Assembly: GCA_951406725.2 (NCBI GenBank)
Contig: OX597821.1
Location: forward strand, 81,344,001-81,408,000
Length of the DNA stretch: 64,000 bases
Direction of reading: 5' to 3'
Origin: Octopus vulgaris
Lineage: Eukaryota
In this document: positions 1 to 14,600 of the stretch, piece by piece
How the letters are laid out: every line of letters starts with the position of its first letter
Position numbering within the stretch: the first letter of the stretch is position 1
The notes under the pieces: generated by a model
What the model saw: the letters and a program-made list of their open reading frames with translations, nothing else
What the model was told of the DNA's origin: nothing
The model's database searches: none
Position numbers and translations under genes: made by a program

Positions 1-394
1 AAAGCCTTGTGAGTGGATTTGGTAGACGGAAACTGAAGGAAGCCCATCGTATATATGTATATATATATATGTATGTGTGTATATATGTTTGTGTGTCTGT
101 GTTTGTCCCTCCAACATCACTTGACAACCGATGGTGGTGTGTTTACATCCCCATAGCTTAGTAGTTCGGCAAAAGAGACCGATAGAATAAGTACAAGGCT
201 TACAAAGAATAAGTCCTGGGGTAGATTTGCTTGACAATAATATCTTATTCCCACATGAAACTTCAAGACTTAAAAATGAAAATTTATTTTTCTATATATG
301 CAAAAATTTGAATGAAGATATTACAGGTCTGAGGTGTCACATCTGAACTCAAATCCCTCGTTGCAACAAAAACAAAATTGTTACAGTTACTTAC

Positions 395-491
395 ACATCT
401 TCTCCGGCAGGAAATACCAAAGAACGTAGTTGTCTGAAATGTTCAGCGAAATGTACACGGCAATAGAAACGAGATGAGGAATCAGAAAATT
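395..491 (-). CDS. PIKFYVE: PIKfyve exon: [31 protein letters not shown] (start of PIPK domain)
   Basis: tag| ... |gtaagt, 97 nt. Confidence 0.95.
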
Positions 492-2196
492 CTAGAAAAT
501 AGAAAATAAATTAAAGTTAAAATAATTAAGAAAAAAAAATGTTTTGTTAATTAAATCACAATCTTTTAGACTCATCTTTTTTCAAATTGGGTTCAAATTG
601 GATGAAATCAGAGAGACTGACTTGTCTGTCTAATGATATCAAGAGAAACAGATACCAGAAAACATTCTATTTACAGGAGTTATAAGGCAGTGATTATATT
701 ATTTTGCTCGTTATGTTACTCAGTAATAAATGCTCTTTTGAAGCATTGATTTATGAACAAAGGAAATATAACAGTAAAGACTCCAGGGTGGGTAGGTACC
801 ACTGACAATAAAGAAGCTAGGGGAAAATGAGAATGGAGAAAAAGATGAAATGCAGCAAAAATTATGAAGATAACGAAATAGCAAAAAGAAGAAGCAATAA
901 GAAAAAGAAGATGAAAACAAAAGATGATTTGAAAGATGGAAAAGGAAGAAAAGAATAAAGTAGGAGGAAATGTTGAATTAGAAACAAAATATGATGAAGG
1001 ACTTACGGATATCAATATGTGGGTTAATGGCCACCTTGCAGGGTTTGCTCTTCTCCCCATCAACAGGAATTGAACTACTTCCATCATTAACATCTGGAGG
1101 AAAATATTAGGGAATAATGATATGTACACATTTATTACAAGAACATTGATGTACAATGATTGTTTGTCTCAAGAATATAGGATATTGGAGTTCAAATTTT
1201 GCCCAGTCTCAACAGAATTAAAAACAGATTAGACAAGTAAAAAAGAAAATTGAACATGTCCAGGCCTGCATCCCACTCAACCACACATTTTATGACACAG
1301 TACAATCCCAGAGTGAAATACAATATTGACTAGTTACCAGTGGACCCATAGGTCACTTCCATACTCTTTTGATCAGTAACTTCTGTGCCACAGGTCTGCT
1401 TGAACAATAAGACCCATTCAACTGATGTTGATATGAGTCAGCAATATTGTATCACCCCTCACCTCAATCTTTTGTCATGTCATCTGGGACAAATCCAACA
1501 TCTTCAGATTTGACTATATCACATCTTCCTGTAACCATATTTGATCATCCTCTTCCACTGCCCATAGCCAGAATTAGTTTTCAACTGACACTCATAATCT
1601 ATCCACATCATACATTACCTTTGCCGGTGCAATCATCTCTCTTGCAGATTTCAGCTGATGTCTTTAATGCCCATATGCTCTCTCAGCTCACTTGCACACT
1701 GCTTTTAAGCAATTTCACATTACACATCCTATACATCAATTCATTTCTCTCAAATGCAGATAAAGATCTGCATTCAATACATGTCATACCTACATGTAGC
1801 ATCAAATCTCTTAAATAGATATGTTTCATTTAACAAATATAATGCTTCTTTTTTTCAATTTAAGAGACTTATATAACCAACTGCTTTTTTGAACATCCAA
1901 GGAAGCTGCAAGTTCTATTTAATATCAAATGGGGGAAAAATATAATATTTATATCAAAAAGGGTTTCATTTGTATCAAACTAATCTTTTGATTAAGTTCA
2001 GGAGTTTAATTTTTAATCACTCTTATCTTCATTTTTACCCCCTAAAAAATGTACAAGTCTATCAAAATAAGTAGTATGTTTATTAAGTTTCTATGTACAC
2101 ACACACACTCATATATATATTAGTAACAGTAGGTAGGGACACCATATATCATTTTGCAACCATTATATATTACCAAGTATATTACAAGTTTATAAG

Positions 2197-2247
<51 letters not shown>

Positions 2248-2512
2248 GAAGATTGAAAAGGAACACATAAGTTGATATATATGGAAAAAAAAGTCAAGAT
2301 AGAAAATATAGAAAATGCTAAATAATTTTATAAAAAACATTTGAAAAAGTCTCAATGACTGAAACCGGTACTGCAATGTTTTTTTATAAAATTATTTTAG
2401 CATTTTCTATCTTGACTTTTTTTTCCATACACACACATATATATATGTATCATCATCAGCAGCAGCAGCATGGAAAACAGACGTTAAACGATGATGATGA
2501 CGATGATGATAC

Positions 2513-2545
<33 letters not shown>

Positions 2546-5332
2546 ATCATCATTGCTTCTTCATATATATATATATGTATATAATGTAGAAAACTGAAAA
2601 AGACAAAGTGTAGAAATTGTGCTGGTAACACCATCTCAACAAACACCCAAAACTTTAGATTAGTAAGTGTAGCTACGTAGAATGTATATTTATTATTGCT
2701 CTGATTCTGTAAAAGTGAATATGCTTTCTGCATTTGTAGACGAGTGTATAATCACATATTGCATACGTGTGGGAAATGAAAATGTTTCAAGTTAATAATA
2801 ACTGTGGACAAATTACATCATGTCACTATGACATGATGTAATTAACAAATACATAATCAAAGCAAACATAAACAATGTCACACACATTGGCACAACTGTT
2901 CTATCACTAGCTACACATTATATTACATATACAGGACTGACATAAAATCACATCAATCTTAGCAGAATTTTTCCAATTAACCAAACATTGAGAAATGGCA
3001 AAAAAAAAACAAGAAGCTGCTGGAAAATTAAGAAAAATTTTTTTGTTAAAAACAGCTAATAATTGGACTTTCAAAAGTCTGAGGAAACTGTACAATATTA
3101 ATTTCAGTTGGTAATAATAATAAGAAAAAACACCAAAACACCATGAATAAAAGGCATGTACTATTGCAACTAGCTGAACTACGGGACAAGACAGATTAGT
3201 AAATGGCTTTATGAAAGAGCATACAATTCATAGAATGTTAACATGCAAAGCAAACACTAAGATTACAAAGCATACACGTGCAACAAACAGTGTATTCATC
3301 ATAATTCCATGCATTACAAGACAAACAACATCTTGTTTATTACAATCATAATATCAACTGCCACCACAAGCATTCTAGTGATATTTTTTGCTGGAAAAGT
3401 AAAATTCTCACCATCATCATCTTTATCATTAACATCATCCTCATCACCACTTTCATCATGCTGTTCTATTTCTTCCTTTGCAACTTAACCAAACTTATTT
3501 TGTGCCAACCATCTATTTCTTTGCCAACATGTCCTCCCACTCATCTCACCACATGTCTACTCTACACTAACATATTACAATGACTATATACTAATTAATC
3601 AAGGGTAACATTTTCATTCAACTGCTAATTGGTAATGATGACTTTGTCCTAATCGTTATAACATTGCTACTGAGAAACTGGTTTAAATTTGGCTTTTGGG
3701 CATTTGTACTTCCAAACTGGAAAGTGTACAAAAATGCCACTTCTATGACATTGGTTCATCTTGTCATTTTATGAGCCTGCAAAAATAATCCCTCTTGATG
3801 CTGTCTTTATTGAAATAAAGTAGCTTTCTAGAATTAAAGCATGTTATCTTCTTAATTCATCTAAACAAGGTTTGTTTCTAAGACTGAGTCATACCTCCAG
3901 TATTAGTCGTAATCTCCTATCATTCACAACTTTGAACCAACCAAATATGAACCAACAATATAGCCTCTACATGGTCAACTAGCTTATTAGAAACAGCAGT
4001 TAAACCTCTCTCAAATTACACACTGCTGTCTTAAAAAAAGGATACATTTCATAATGAAATGTGTCCTCATTATCATCATGTAATATCTGTTTTCTATGCT
4101 GGCATGGGTTAGATGGCTTGACAGGAACTGGCAAGGCCAGAGGCTGCACCTGGTTCCATGGTCTGCTTTGGCTTGGTTTCTACAGCTGGATGCCCTTCCT
4201 AATACCAATCATTTTATAGAGTATACTGGGTGCATTTTACATGGCACCAGCACCAGTGCTTTTTACATGGGATTCAGAGAATTTTACAAATTTCAAAATA
4301 AATGGTAATCTGATGGTGCAAGGTCAGGGCTATATGGTGGATGTAACTTCACTTCCCAATCAAGTTCCAATAATTTTTCACAAGTTAGCAAAGACATGTG
4401 TGGTCTAGCATTGTCATGGTGGAACACGATTCCTTTACGATTTGCCAATTCTGGCCGTTTTTCTTTGATTGCTTCCCCCAGTTTCATAGTTGTTGACAGT
4501 AAACATCTGAATTGATTGTTTGGTTCCTTGGAAGCAGCTCAAAATACACAACACCTTTGTAATCCCACCAAATTGACAGCATGATCTTTTTTTATACAAT
4601 TCAGCTTTCAATGTGGTTTGTACTGGTTCATTATGCTTGGACCATGATCGTTTTCGATTGATGTTATGGTAGACAATCCATTTTTCATCACCAGTGATGA
4701 TTCATTTCTTAAAACGGTCGATTTCATTGCGTTTGAGATACACATCACAAATAATGATTCACTGTGTTAAGTGAATCTCTTTCAATTTATATGGAACCCA
4801 AATATTGAGCTTCTTAACGAGTCCAATACATTTTAAGAGATTTCCAATTGTTGTGTGTGATACATTTAACCTCTCTGCAATCTCTCATACAGTTATATGA
4901 CAATCAGATTCAATTATGGCTTTGATTCGGTCATCATCAATTTCAGTAGGTCGATCAGAACGCTGGTCATCTTTGAGTGAAAAATCTCCAGAATGGAATT
5001 TTTCAAACCATTTCTGACCATGTACGTTCTGTTAAGCAATCACCACCAGAAACTTCACATATCTCTTTGTGAGCTTCAGCAGTTTTCTTGCCTTTACAGA
5101 AATAAAAACGCAAAATATGGTGAAAATGTTCATTTTTGCACTCCATGTTAAAATTGACACTGAACTAACAGCTGTAAACAAAAGTATGCACAATTTGCTT
5201 CTAAAGTAAGCTAACAGTAATGGCTATCAAATGTCAAAAGGTAAAAATCATAACATTGACAAAAGTCATTCAAAAATATCGTAACTCTATCTATTTGGGA
5301 AAAATGAAATTACTTTCTTGCCAACCAAATAC

Positions 5333-5408
<76 letters not shown>

Positions 5409-5596
5409 TCATTACCATTTAATGTCCACTTTTCATGGCATGGGCTAGACAGTTTGACATGGAACTGGCCAGCTGAAAGCTGTCCAAATTCCAATTGTCT
5501 GTTGTCACATGGTTTCTATGGCTGGATGCCGTTCCTAACACCAACCACTCAAACAGAGTGTGCTGGGTGCTTTTTATATGCCACCAGCATTTATAC

Positions 5597-5639
<43 letters not shown>

Positions 5640-8600
5640 CACACACTGTGTATATAAATACCCACCACAAGGTCAAGTCCATGTTGCAGGATGGTAGCTT
5701 GCATGCCTCAATGACCTTTGAGATCTATGCTAATGGAGTGCAAGTTCCTAGTGTTTCCCATGCTAGACAGCTCAAGGGATAGAGGCCCAACTAATAAGGA
5801 TTACCTCTTCTCAGACATAAAAATGGGTTTGTGTAGGGCCAGCTTCCCTATTTAGATAAAATCAAAGTTGGAAAAGCATCCATTGCAATTGAAAACCAAC
5901 AAGACCTGGGAGAAGAAGAGAGAAGGTAGCTCAGAGTCGAGAATAGTGGAGAATAGTAGTCATCAATGGCCTATGCTTCAGTGGGATGGAAGAGCTTAAA
6001 TAAGTATGTATATATATATCTTTTATTTTTTACTCATTTCAGTCATTTCCCTGTGGCCATACTGGGGCATCACCTCGAAGAATCTTTAGCTGAATGAATC
6101 AACTCTAGTACTTTTTTTAAAGTCTGGTACTTATTGTATCAGTCTAATTTCCCAAACTGCTAAGTTATGGGGATGTAAACAAACCAACATCAGTTGTCAA
6201 GCTGCAGTGGGACACACATACATTTATATATTACAATGGTCATCTTTCAGTTTTTTATCTACCAAATCCACTCACAAGAATTTGGTCAGACTGAGGCGAG
6301 TTACTTCAGACCGAGTTACTTCCCCAAGGTACCATGCAGTGGGACTGAACTTGGAACCATGTGGTCAGGAAGCAAACTTCTTACCACACAGCCACATTGG
6401 AATCTAAAAGATAAATTACAACATCTTTCCACAAGGAACCCAAAGTCAAAAGCATTCTTTCCAAACAGAGAATTGAACCTTGGCTGCTGCGGTGAGAGTG
6501 CAGAATCCTAACGACTAGATCATTTGGGACACCTGCATGTATATATAGTTTTCTAAATGGTTACATTTTATACAACTTTCTAAATCACATCAAATGGTGC
6601 TAAGTAGGAAATGAAACAAAAGTGATGGCAGAAAAATGACGTTTAGATGATGAATTATTAAAATTAATCAACTGTAGTTATTTGTGAGGAAATAGTCAAG
6701 ATAAAAGCATATTGTACACATCAGCAATCCTCCAGTGAGGGTGAATGACAGCCGTGCAGAAGTTCAAGATTGAAAATCAGGAACAACACAACTACAAGTA
6801 ACAAGTCCATACCCATTCCACTTTCTACACTGTCAGCATCCAGCTTTGGATTGTAGCGGACTATGTCTATGAGATCAAACTTGTGAGTCAGTTTGGGGCT
6901 TCTTTCTTTCGAAGTACTGCCACGTAGAAAGTCAAGTACCCCAGAATGTTTGGATCCTGTTTGAAAGAAGGTAGTTGACCAAAGCTTAGATTGAGTCAGG
7001 ATTAGCAAATCATTAACAAGAAATACTTTGTGTGTATGTAGGTGTATGTAAGTGTACACATATACACGTGCATTCATGCATGTGTGTGTTTGTGTGTGTG
7101 TGTATATGTGCATTTAATGCTTTGTGACCATATTTTTAGTGAAATGCATGACATACGCATTTTAATTAAATCTGAAAATAATCAAGAATTTGAAAGAATT
7201 TAATAAAAATGAGGTTTTTCATTAATCTGATGTTTGGAACAAATTGACAAAAAAATTCTCACAAATTTTTGATGGAATATCTTAAAATATGAATATTTTA
7301 AAAAGGGAAGGTTTGTATCATGGAACCAGAAGCAATTTCAGGTGGGTTGGTAACAAAAGCTTGAAATACATTGAAAAGAATATAAATGATATGGAGAGAA
7401 ATGTAGAAAAACAGGTCATGTTAACAAGGGGTAAGCAGATATACTGAGAAAGAACCTGAAAACTGAGTATTAGTATTTAATGAAAAAGGGTCTGTTATCT
7501 ATATTGTTCTCTTATGCACATCTGTTGCCATGCAGGAATATCTTACAGAAGATGAAAAATTATGATCAATGATTTAAAAGCAAATATGAAATTATATATA
7601 TACGAATAATGTTCAGTTGCAGGATTCTTCCCACCATGTTGCTTGGTGATCAAGTCATCTTGTATTTTCTGCCTTACCTGTTTATTTGTTTGAAATCACC
7701 TGAAGATGGCAAATTTTTGTCTTGATATCATCTAAGAATGTATCAAAAAATGCTGCCATAACAGCTGTTGTGAATTTTGAACCCCATTTCCCACTTGTGT
7801 TCTTCTTTTATGTATAAAAGACACAAACACAGACACATAACTTTCATCATCATTATTGTTGTTGTTGTTGCTTGTTCATTTCTAGGCTGAATAGATTTGA
7901 TTTGTAATCAAAGTTACAACTTCTTAGGAAGGTCAAAAGATCAAATTTCACTTTCACGTTTCATTTTTGCTTTGGTTTTTGGATGCCCTTTACAAAGTGT
8001 AATGGGTGCATTTTATCATGGCACCAGTTTGAGTGGGGATGTTTTACATTCTGTAAGATTAAAGAGTTTCCATTACTCTCTAAGCTGAAATCAAAGTGAC
8101 TGAGAAGGTGAATAAAAGAGAGAGTAATGACCAGGAGAGTGGGGGAAAGTTGTAGGCAGGGACAGAAAGAGAGTGTGGAGGATAATAATGGAGGTGGACG
8201 GTGGTAAGAGTGAGGGACGTCGATAACAAATGACCTGACACAGAAAGGGTTAGGGTGGAGCATATCTGTAGCTCAAATACAGTAACATTAAAGGAAAAAA
8301 TGATGCATTTAATCAGACTTGGAAAGAAATTCTGAGCTTTTACTACATGGTTGACGTGGTCAAAAAATTGTGAGAATAGGATAGTAGTTTTAGCAAGAAG
8401 AGAGAGGAGAAAAGGTCAAGGTAGATGAAGGAGTCAGTATCTTTACAGTGAACAGAGGTGAAAATGAGAGTTATAAATAAGTGACAGAGATATGGATGAG
8501 AGTAGCAGAAATATTGGAGCTGCTATAGATATATTCTAAAGAGAGGTAAAAATGAAAGGTCAAAAAAGATAAGAAAACAATAAGTTAATTTGTAGGGAGT

Positions 8601-11600
8601 AGAGTAATGCTGATATAATCATCACTGTAATGATCATGGAAGTCTAGGGTAAGATGAAGAAAACAGAGCACAGATCTGGGTCTCAATACAGCCCAAAAGA
8701 ATGTTAGTATCTGAGTTGCCACGGTTATACTGATAGTTTACTGATAGAATTTACTAGAGAAGTAAAAACAGTTGAAGGAAAGAATGAGTTCAGCTAAGCA
8801 GGGAAGGTGACACTGAGTTCAAGTGAAGAATAGTGTTTAAAGAAATGTTTAAGTGTTAAAAGTATATCATTAGGGGGGGACGACAGTGTATGAGGATTTT
8901 ACACCCATGGTGAACAGGTATGTGTAAGTCAATGACCAGGAAAAGAAATTCTGAAGGTTAAAGCCATTGCTGGTATCCTAGATATGTGATGGCAGGGTAG
9001 CAACAGGAAACGACATGAGTCTATCAAGCAGTTGACAGGACGATTAAAATGATAGGGTTTCTATAGCATAGAAGCACATGGCTTAGTGGTCAGGGTGCTG
9101 GACTCATGATTGTAAGATTGTGGTGTTGATTCATGGACCAGGTTATGCATTGTGTTCTTGAGCAAAACACTTCATTTCACGTTGCTCCCAGTCCACTCAG
9201 CAGGCAAGAATGAGTAATCCTGCAATGGACTGGCATCCCATCCAGATGGGGAATATATATGCCATGGAAATAGGAAACTGGCCCTATGAGTCTATATAAT
9301 TCGGGAAGGAACCTTACTTTACTTATTTTGTGTAGCATATGAAGAAAATAGCATATTTTAATATGTATAAAGAACCCCCTAATTTGGAAAAAGGTTTTTA
9401 GAAGGGATTATAATACTATTCATGTTTAAGAAACTCCCATATTTTTTAACCTAATTTTTGACAAAAAAAGGGTTTCTTATACACACATATGATAGAGTAT
9501 GAAAATAAGCGTTATGTTGATAATGAGGTCAGCAGCAGAGGAAGGAAAGGCAACAAGAGAGATTATTTCTTTAATAATATGAGATAGCAGTTGTTGGTTC
9601 TGAAGTGTGCAATTCTTAGGTAACCTCACCAGATGATTTGATTCTTTCTCATCTCTTTTATGATGTACTCTTCACTGCATGATCTCCTGACTTCTCCAAT
9701 CTTCCTCTTCCATGAGACCTATCCATTTAGAATGCTTGAAACTTATTTTAAAAAACTGACGTCTTTCATATGCACCAGATGCCCATACCAGTATTGTTGT
9801 CTTTCTTGCACACGCCATCAAATACCTCTTTATGTATTTCATACAAAATACTTTAAATAAAACAGTCTTCAGTACACTTAATGCTATGTGCATGTGTGCG
9901 TGCGTGTATACTTTTTTATTTATTTGTTGGTTAACAAAGTTACCAATGGTTTCATGTGAAGAGAAATCTCTTCACAATTATCAGACCTGGCACATAGGAA
10001 CATTGGTGCTCATCTCCATTTTGGATGAGAATATATGAAGCTACACAAGACTGTATGAGATTTGGGGATAAACAAATATACAGCTCATGGGAGGTCTTAA
10101 TCATTTTATGTGAGGACATTTGTGCACATGCATATCCATACAAAATATGTGCACACATAAACACTCACACACATAAGCGCATGTGTGTGTGTGTGTGTGT
10201 GCATGGATAGATAGATGGATAGACAGATACACACACCCACACCTGCATTATGCATTTTGTGTTTGAGTATGTGAACATTATTGTGGAGTTTTACAGATTT
10301 TGATACCAAACTTAGTCCATGGGGTTGTAAATTCTTAAATCGATGGGGTTTTGAATTCCTAAGTTTGTGTATATATGTATTTTTTCTGTGAATCATGTGA
10401 TGTCATGAATATGTGCAATGCATATATATATATATCTATGTAACGAGAAAATCCAGCATAAGTTTATGGGGGTTGGTGTGTGTCTTTTATGCACAATGTA
10501 TATATAATGAATATAATCAATGTGTAGAGAAGAACCTATCCAGGTTGAATGGGTGGTGAAGTGGGTGGGTAGTGGGAGTCAGGATCATGCTTGAAATTTT
10601 GATCTATGAATTGTTGCTTGTGTTTGCAGGTGGAGGCTTCCTCCCTCATCTTAATAAAGTTCACTGCTGATGTTATGATATTTACTTCTTTTGGTGATGC
10701 TGAGCTTGCATTTGCTGCCCCTTACTCTGTATTTGCTAGCCTTAGCTATAACACTCCAGTTTATGGGGGGGAAAGGGCTGCTCATGCCTCTCTCTTTAAG
10801 TGTCCATACCATATTGGCATAAGATGTTATATGTCTTTTGTTTTTATCTCTGAATGAAGCTAAATACTGCATATATCTCTCTTTGAAAGTGTTTCCCATC
10901 ATTCCAATACAAGTTTTTTGTTCTGTTCAAATCTGTAATGCTGGCCTTGTACACTAATTCTTTTTCCAAGTACAAATTGTTCAGAGGATAGCTGTCCAGA
11001 GATCTAAAATTACAGGATCTTTGGGGATGTTCTGAGTGTTGTTATTTTCATTGTGGTTGAAAATGATTGACTCTATATTGGGGAGGCAACTATCACTAAC
11101 TTTGTATTTCTATTGAAAATTATGTGGTACTTATGAGAGTATTGGAAGTGGTTATTTACAAGTTTCAAGAATTTTCTAGCTATGTTCGTGGCTACATTCC
11201 AACTACATGGGGGATTATACCATAAAATTTTCCTATGTCTACGTCTTCTTGGTCTATCTACATTAGGTAAAATATAAGCTATACTACTTTTTAAAGTTGG
11301 ACTTTTCTAATGCAGCATTGTAGTATGGAGTAGCCTTTTTGGAAGTAGATTTATCAGCATGTAGGTTGGAAACTCACCTACTAATGCTATTAACTGATTG
11401 TTTGTTAATTGATAACGCATAGTTACAGCCTATGTCCATATAGGATATATTTTCATTTGTTATATGGTAGGGTTTAAATCTGCCTGTACTAAGATTCATA
11501 TTAATGTTTAGGAAATTAACTTCTTTAAGATTAGTGTTAGTTGTAGTTCTTAAGTTTCAGTTGGTTAAATATTGTCCATAACCTTTTCCATATCTTACCC

Positions 11601-14600
11601 ATATTGTGCCCATTTTTGTTATATATATATAGCATAAGCTTTTCAATCCAGTGACATTTTAACTTAACTCTATTTAACATCAATTTTTCTATGGCAGAAA
11701 TGGATTAGACAGGTTGGTAAATCTTAACTTTTTTTAAATGGATACTCATCATTACATCAAGTAGTAGACATTGACACAACCAGTGCTGTAATGTGAAGAT
11801 ATGAATATTCTGTGTGTAGCAATGACTAGGTAGAAAGAATATATTTGACGGAATCTAATTAAGGTGGGTATTTGTACACATAACTGTCTAAGCTCTTTAA
11901 TATATTTCTGACATTGGTACAAAGACATAAATTTGCTGGGTAGGGGTAGAGTTGACTGAGGTGCTTCATACATAACTGACACAAGTTTTATCAACTCAGA
12001 ATGAATGGAAAGCAAAATACAACCTAAAGTAGTAAGACCAAACATCATATATATATATACATGTGTATGATGTAAATACTTCAACAGTGAACAAATATAT
12101 TTGTATAACAAATATCTAATAGTACATAGCTGGTAAGTATATTCAGCTGCATATCCACAAATTCCAGTACACAAGAAAATGCTATTAGTTTTACATGTGA
12201 GTGTTTGTGAAAGCACATGGCCTGGTGGTTAGGGTGTTGCATTTATGATTGCACGATCATGGCTTTGATTACCAGACCAAGTGGTGTGTTGTGTTTTGGA
12301 GCAAAACACTGCGTTTCACTTTGCTCCAGTCCACTCAGCTGTCAAAATCGGCAACTTTTAGATAGATTGGCATTGCATTCATGAGGAATGTTGGCTTGCT
12401 TGCCTAGCCAGTGGGGTAGCATCATTCAAAAAGCTACAACAATGCAAGAAAATGCAATGTGACCAGTGGTCTATAACGTCATCCAATAGTCTGGTCAGTA
12501 CAGTGGTGTGTGTGTGCGCGCGCATGTGTGTGTGTGTATAAGTTTTTGCAATTTTGCAATGACGAACTCCTAGGTACTTGCTTGACTGTATCCATGTTTT
12601 AGATCCGTTTAAAGATGGATGACGAGGCCTGTTCAATGGCGGCAAGCTGGCAGAAACGTAAGCACGCCGGGTGAAATGCTTAGCGGTATTTCGTATGTTG
12701 TTACGTTCTGAGCTCAAATTTCGCTGTGGTTGACTTTATCTTTCATCCTTTCGGGGTCAATAAAATAAGTACCAGTTACGCACTGGGGTCGATGCAATTG
12801 ACTTAATCCCTTTGTTTGTCCCCTCTGTGTTTAACCCCTTGTGAGCAATAAAGAAATAAAATATAACAACTATATAGCAAATGGGGCTTCACTTTGGCAA
12901 TAAAAAATTCAGTATAAACATTGTTTCAAGTGTGTTGTACAGGCTAAGATATAACATAAATGTATTCAAAGGGAACATTGGCTGTTTTGATAAAAATATC
13001 AATTAATAAAAATTATACAAATTTAAATGAATTATAAACCATAAAAATTATATAATACAAAATTAGAAAAAAAATAGATGAACTGATAATATTTCATCTA
13101 ATGAGCTATACAGAAATACAATCTTCATTATTACTGATACACTAACAACATGATGATCATAGAAGCTAAACTATTTAAGATAACAAAAGGTAGACATTGT
13201 GTTAGTATAGTGGTCTATGCTCTACTAAGATATAATAGTTACAGTCCAGTAAAATCAAAGTTATTAAAAAACAGTTACCTTGCTCAGGGTTAGAATTCAA
13301 ACCTACAGTAGAAGTCTTCAGTGGAAGATTCCTTGCATTTTCAGCCTTCAGATTTCTCCGTTGATGTTCTGGACTGAAGTTAAAATAAAATAGATTAATG
13401 CTAAATCTCAATTCAAGGTCTGGAGCTTCTTAAATGAAAACAAATATATTTTCTATAACTTCTGAATATGAACTGAATGTTGTTAAATGTATGGAGGTAC
13501 ATGGATTAATGGAGGTGCATGGCTTAAAGGATGCACATGGCTTAATGGAGGCACATGGTTTAGTAGTTGGACTCATGATCCTAAGATTGTGGTTTCAATT
13601 CCTGGACTGGGCGATGTGTTGTGTTTTTGAGCAAAACACTTCGTTTCTCATTGCTTCAGTCCACTCAGCTGGCAAAAGAGAGTAATCCTGAGACAGACTG
13701 GTGTCCCATCCAAGGAGGAATATATATGCCAGAGAAACCAGGAAACTGGCACTATGCTCCTTACAGAGTAATGTCAATCAATCGTAGTGTATTGTTGAAA
13801 CTTATTATTAGGTAATATATATTGTCTGGAAAATACTTCAAGTCTGTGGTTTGTTGTATAATATAAGTAATGGAAGAGTATAGTGTATCAAAATATTGAG
13901 TTATATTCAGATGAAAGATCTGGTTTGAATGTTTGCAACAGAGTAGACTCTGCAAAAGGCACCTAAGGGCCAGGTGGTGATGTTAAGCCAGATACAGATT
14001 AAGATTATCACCCAAACTGGAACTCACAACTGAAAGAATATTACACAGTGGCAAAGTCCTCTATACATATGAGGATCAAAGTATTATTGTCATTATCATT
14101 TAACATTTGTTTTCCATTTGGACAGTTTGACAACAGCCAGAGGACTGCACCAGACCCCACCGTCTGTTGTGACATGGCTTCTATGGCTGGATGCACTTTC
14201 TCATGCCAAAGTAATGAATTAAAAATCAATTAAAAGTACCACAGTAGAATATAAATCAATGTTTACTTGATAATAAAAAGTTTACATAATTATATTACAT
14301 GGCTATATTTCTAAGAATAGTAAGAACTAATTAAGCTTCTATGTAATATTCTTTGATTTTATTTACACAATAATTCAATTGATATACTCTCAAATCATTT
14401 TCAAGTGTAACAAATAGTTTTAATACACATATTTTATTAGTCACAGTAACTCATAGTATTTCAGACAAGGTACATTTCTGGATGTGAGAATATAACAAGT
14501 CAGATGAAAATTAAAATGACAACAGTAGCTCAAACAGTTGCTAATTTAATAAACACTAGCAAAAGCAATAATTAATTTTGAGTATCAATTTATTACTTAA

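Noticed and set aside
716-1156. 146-aa Phe-rich ORF
   Set aside because: Antisense of a GAA-rich low-complexity intron tract, overlapping the real exon in another frame.
2767-2801. 35-nt AG...GT segment
   Set aside because: Length is not a multiple of 3 and would frameshift before the kinase domain.
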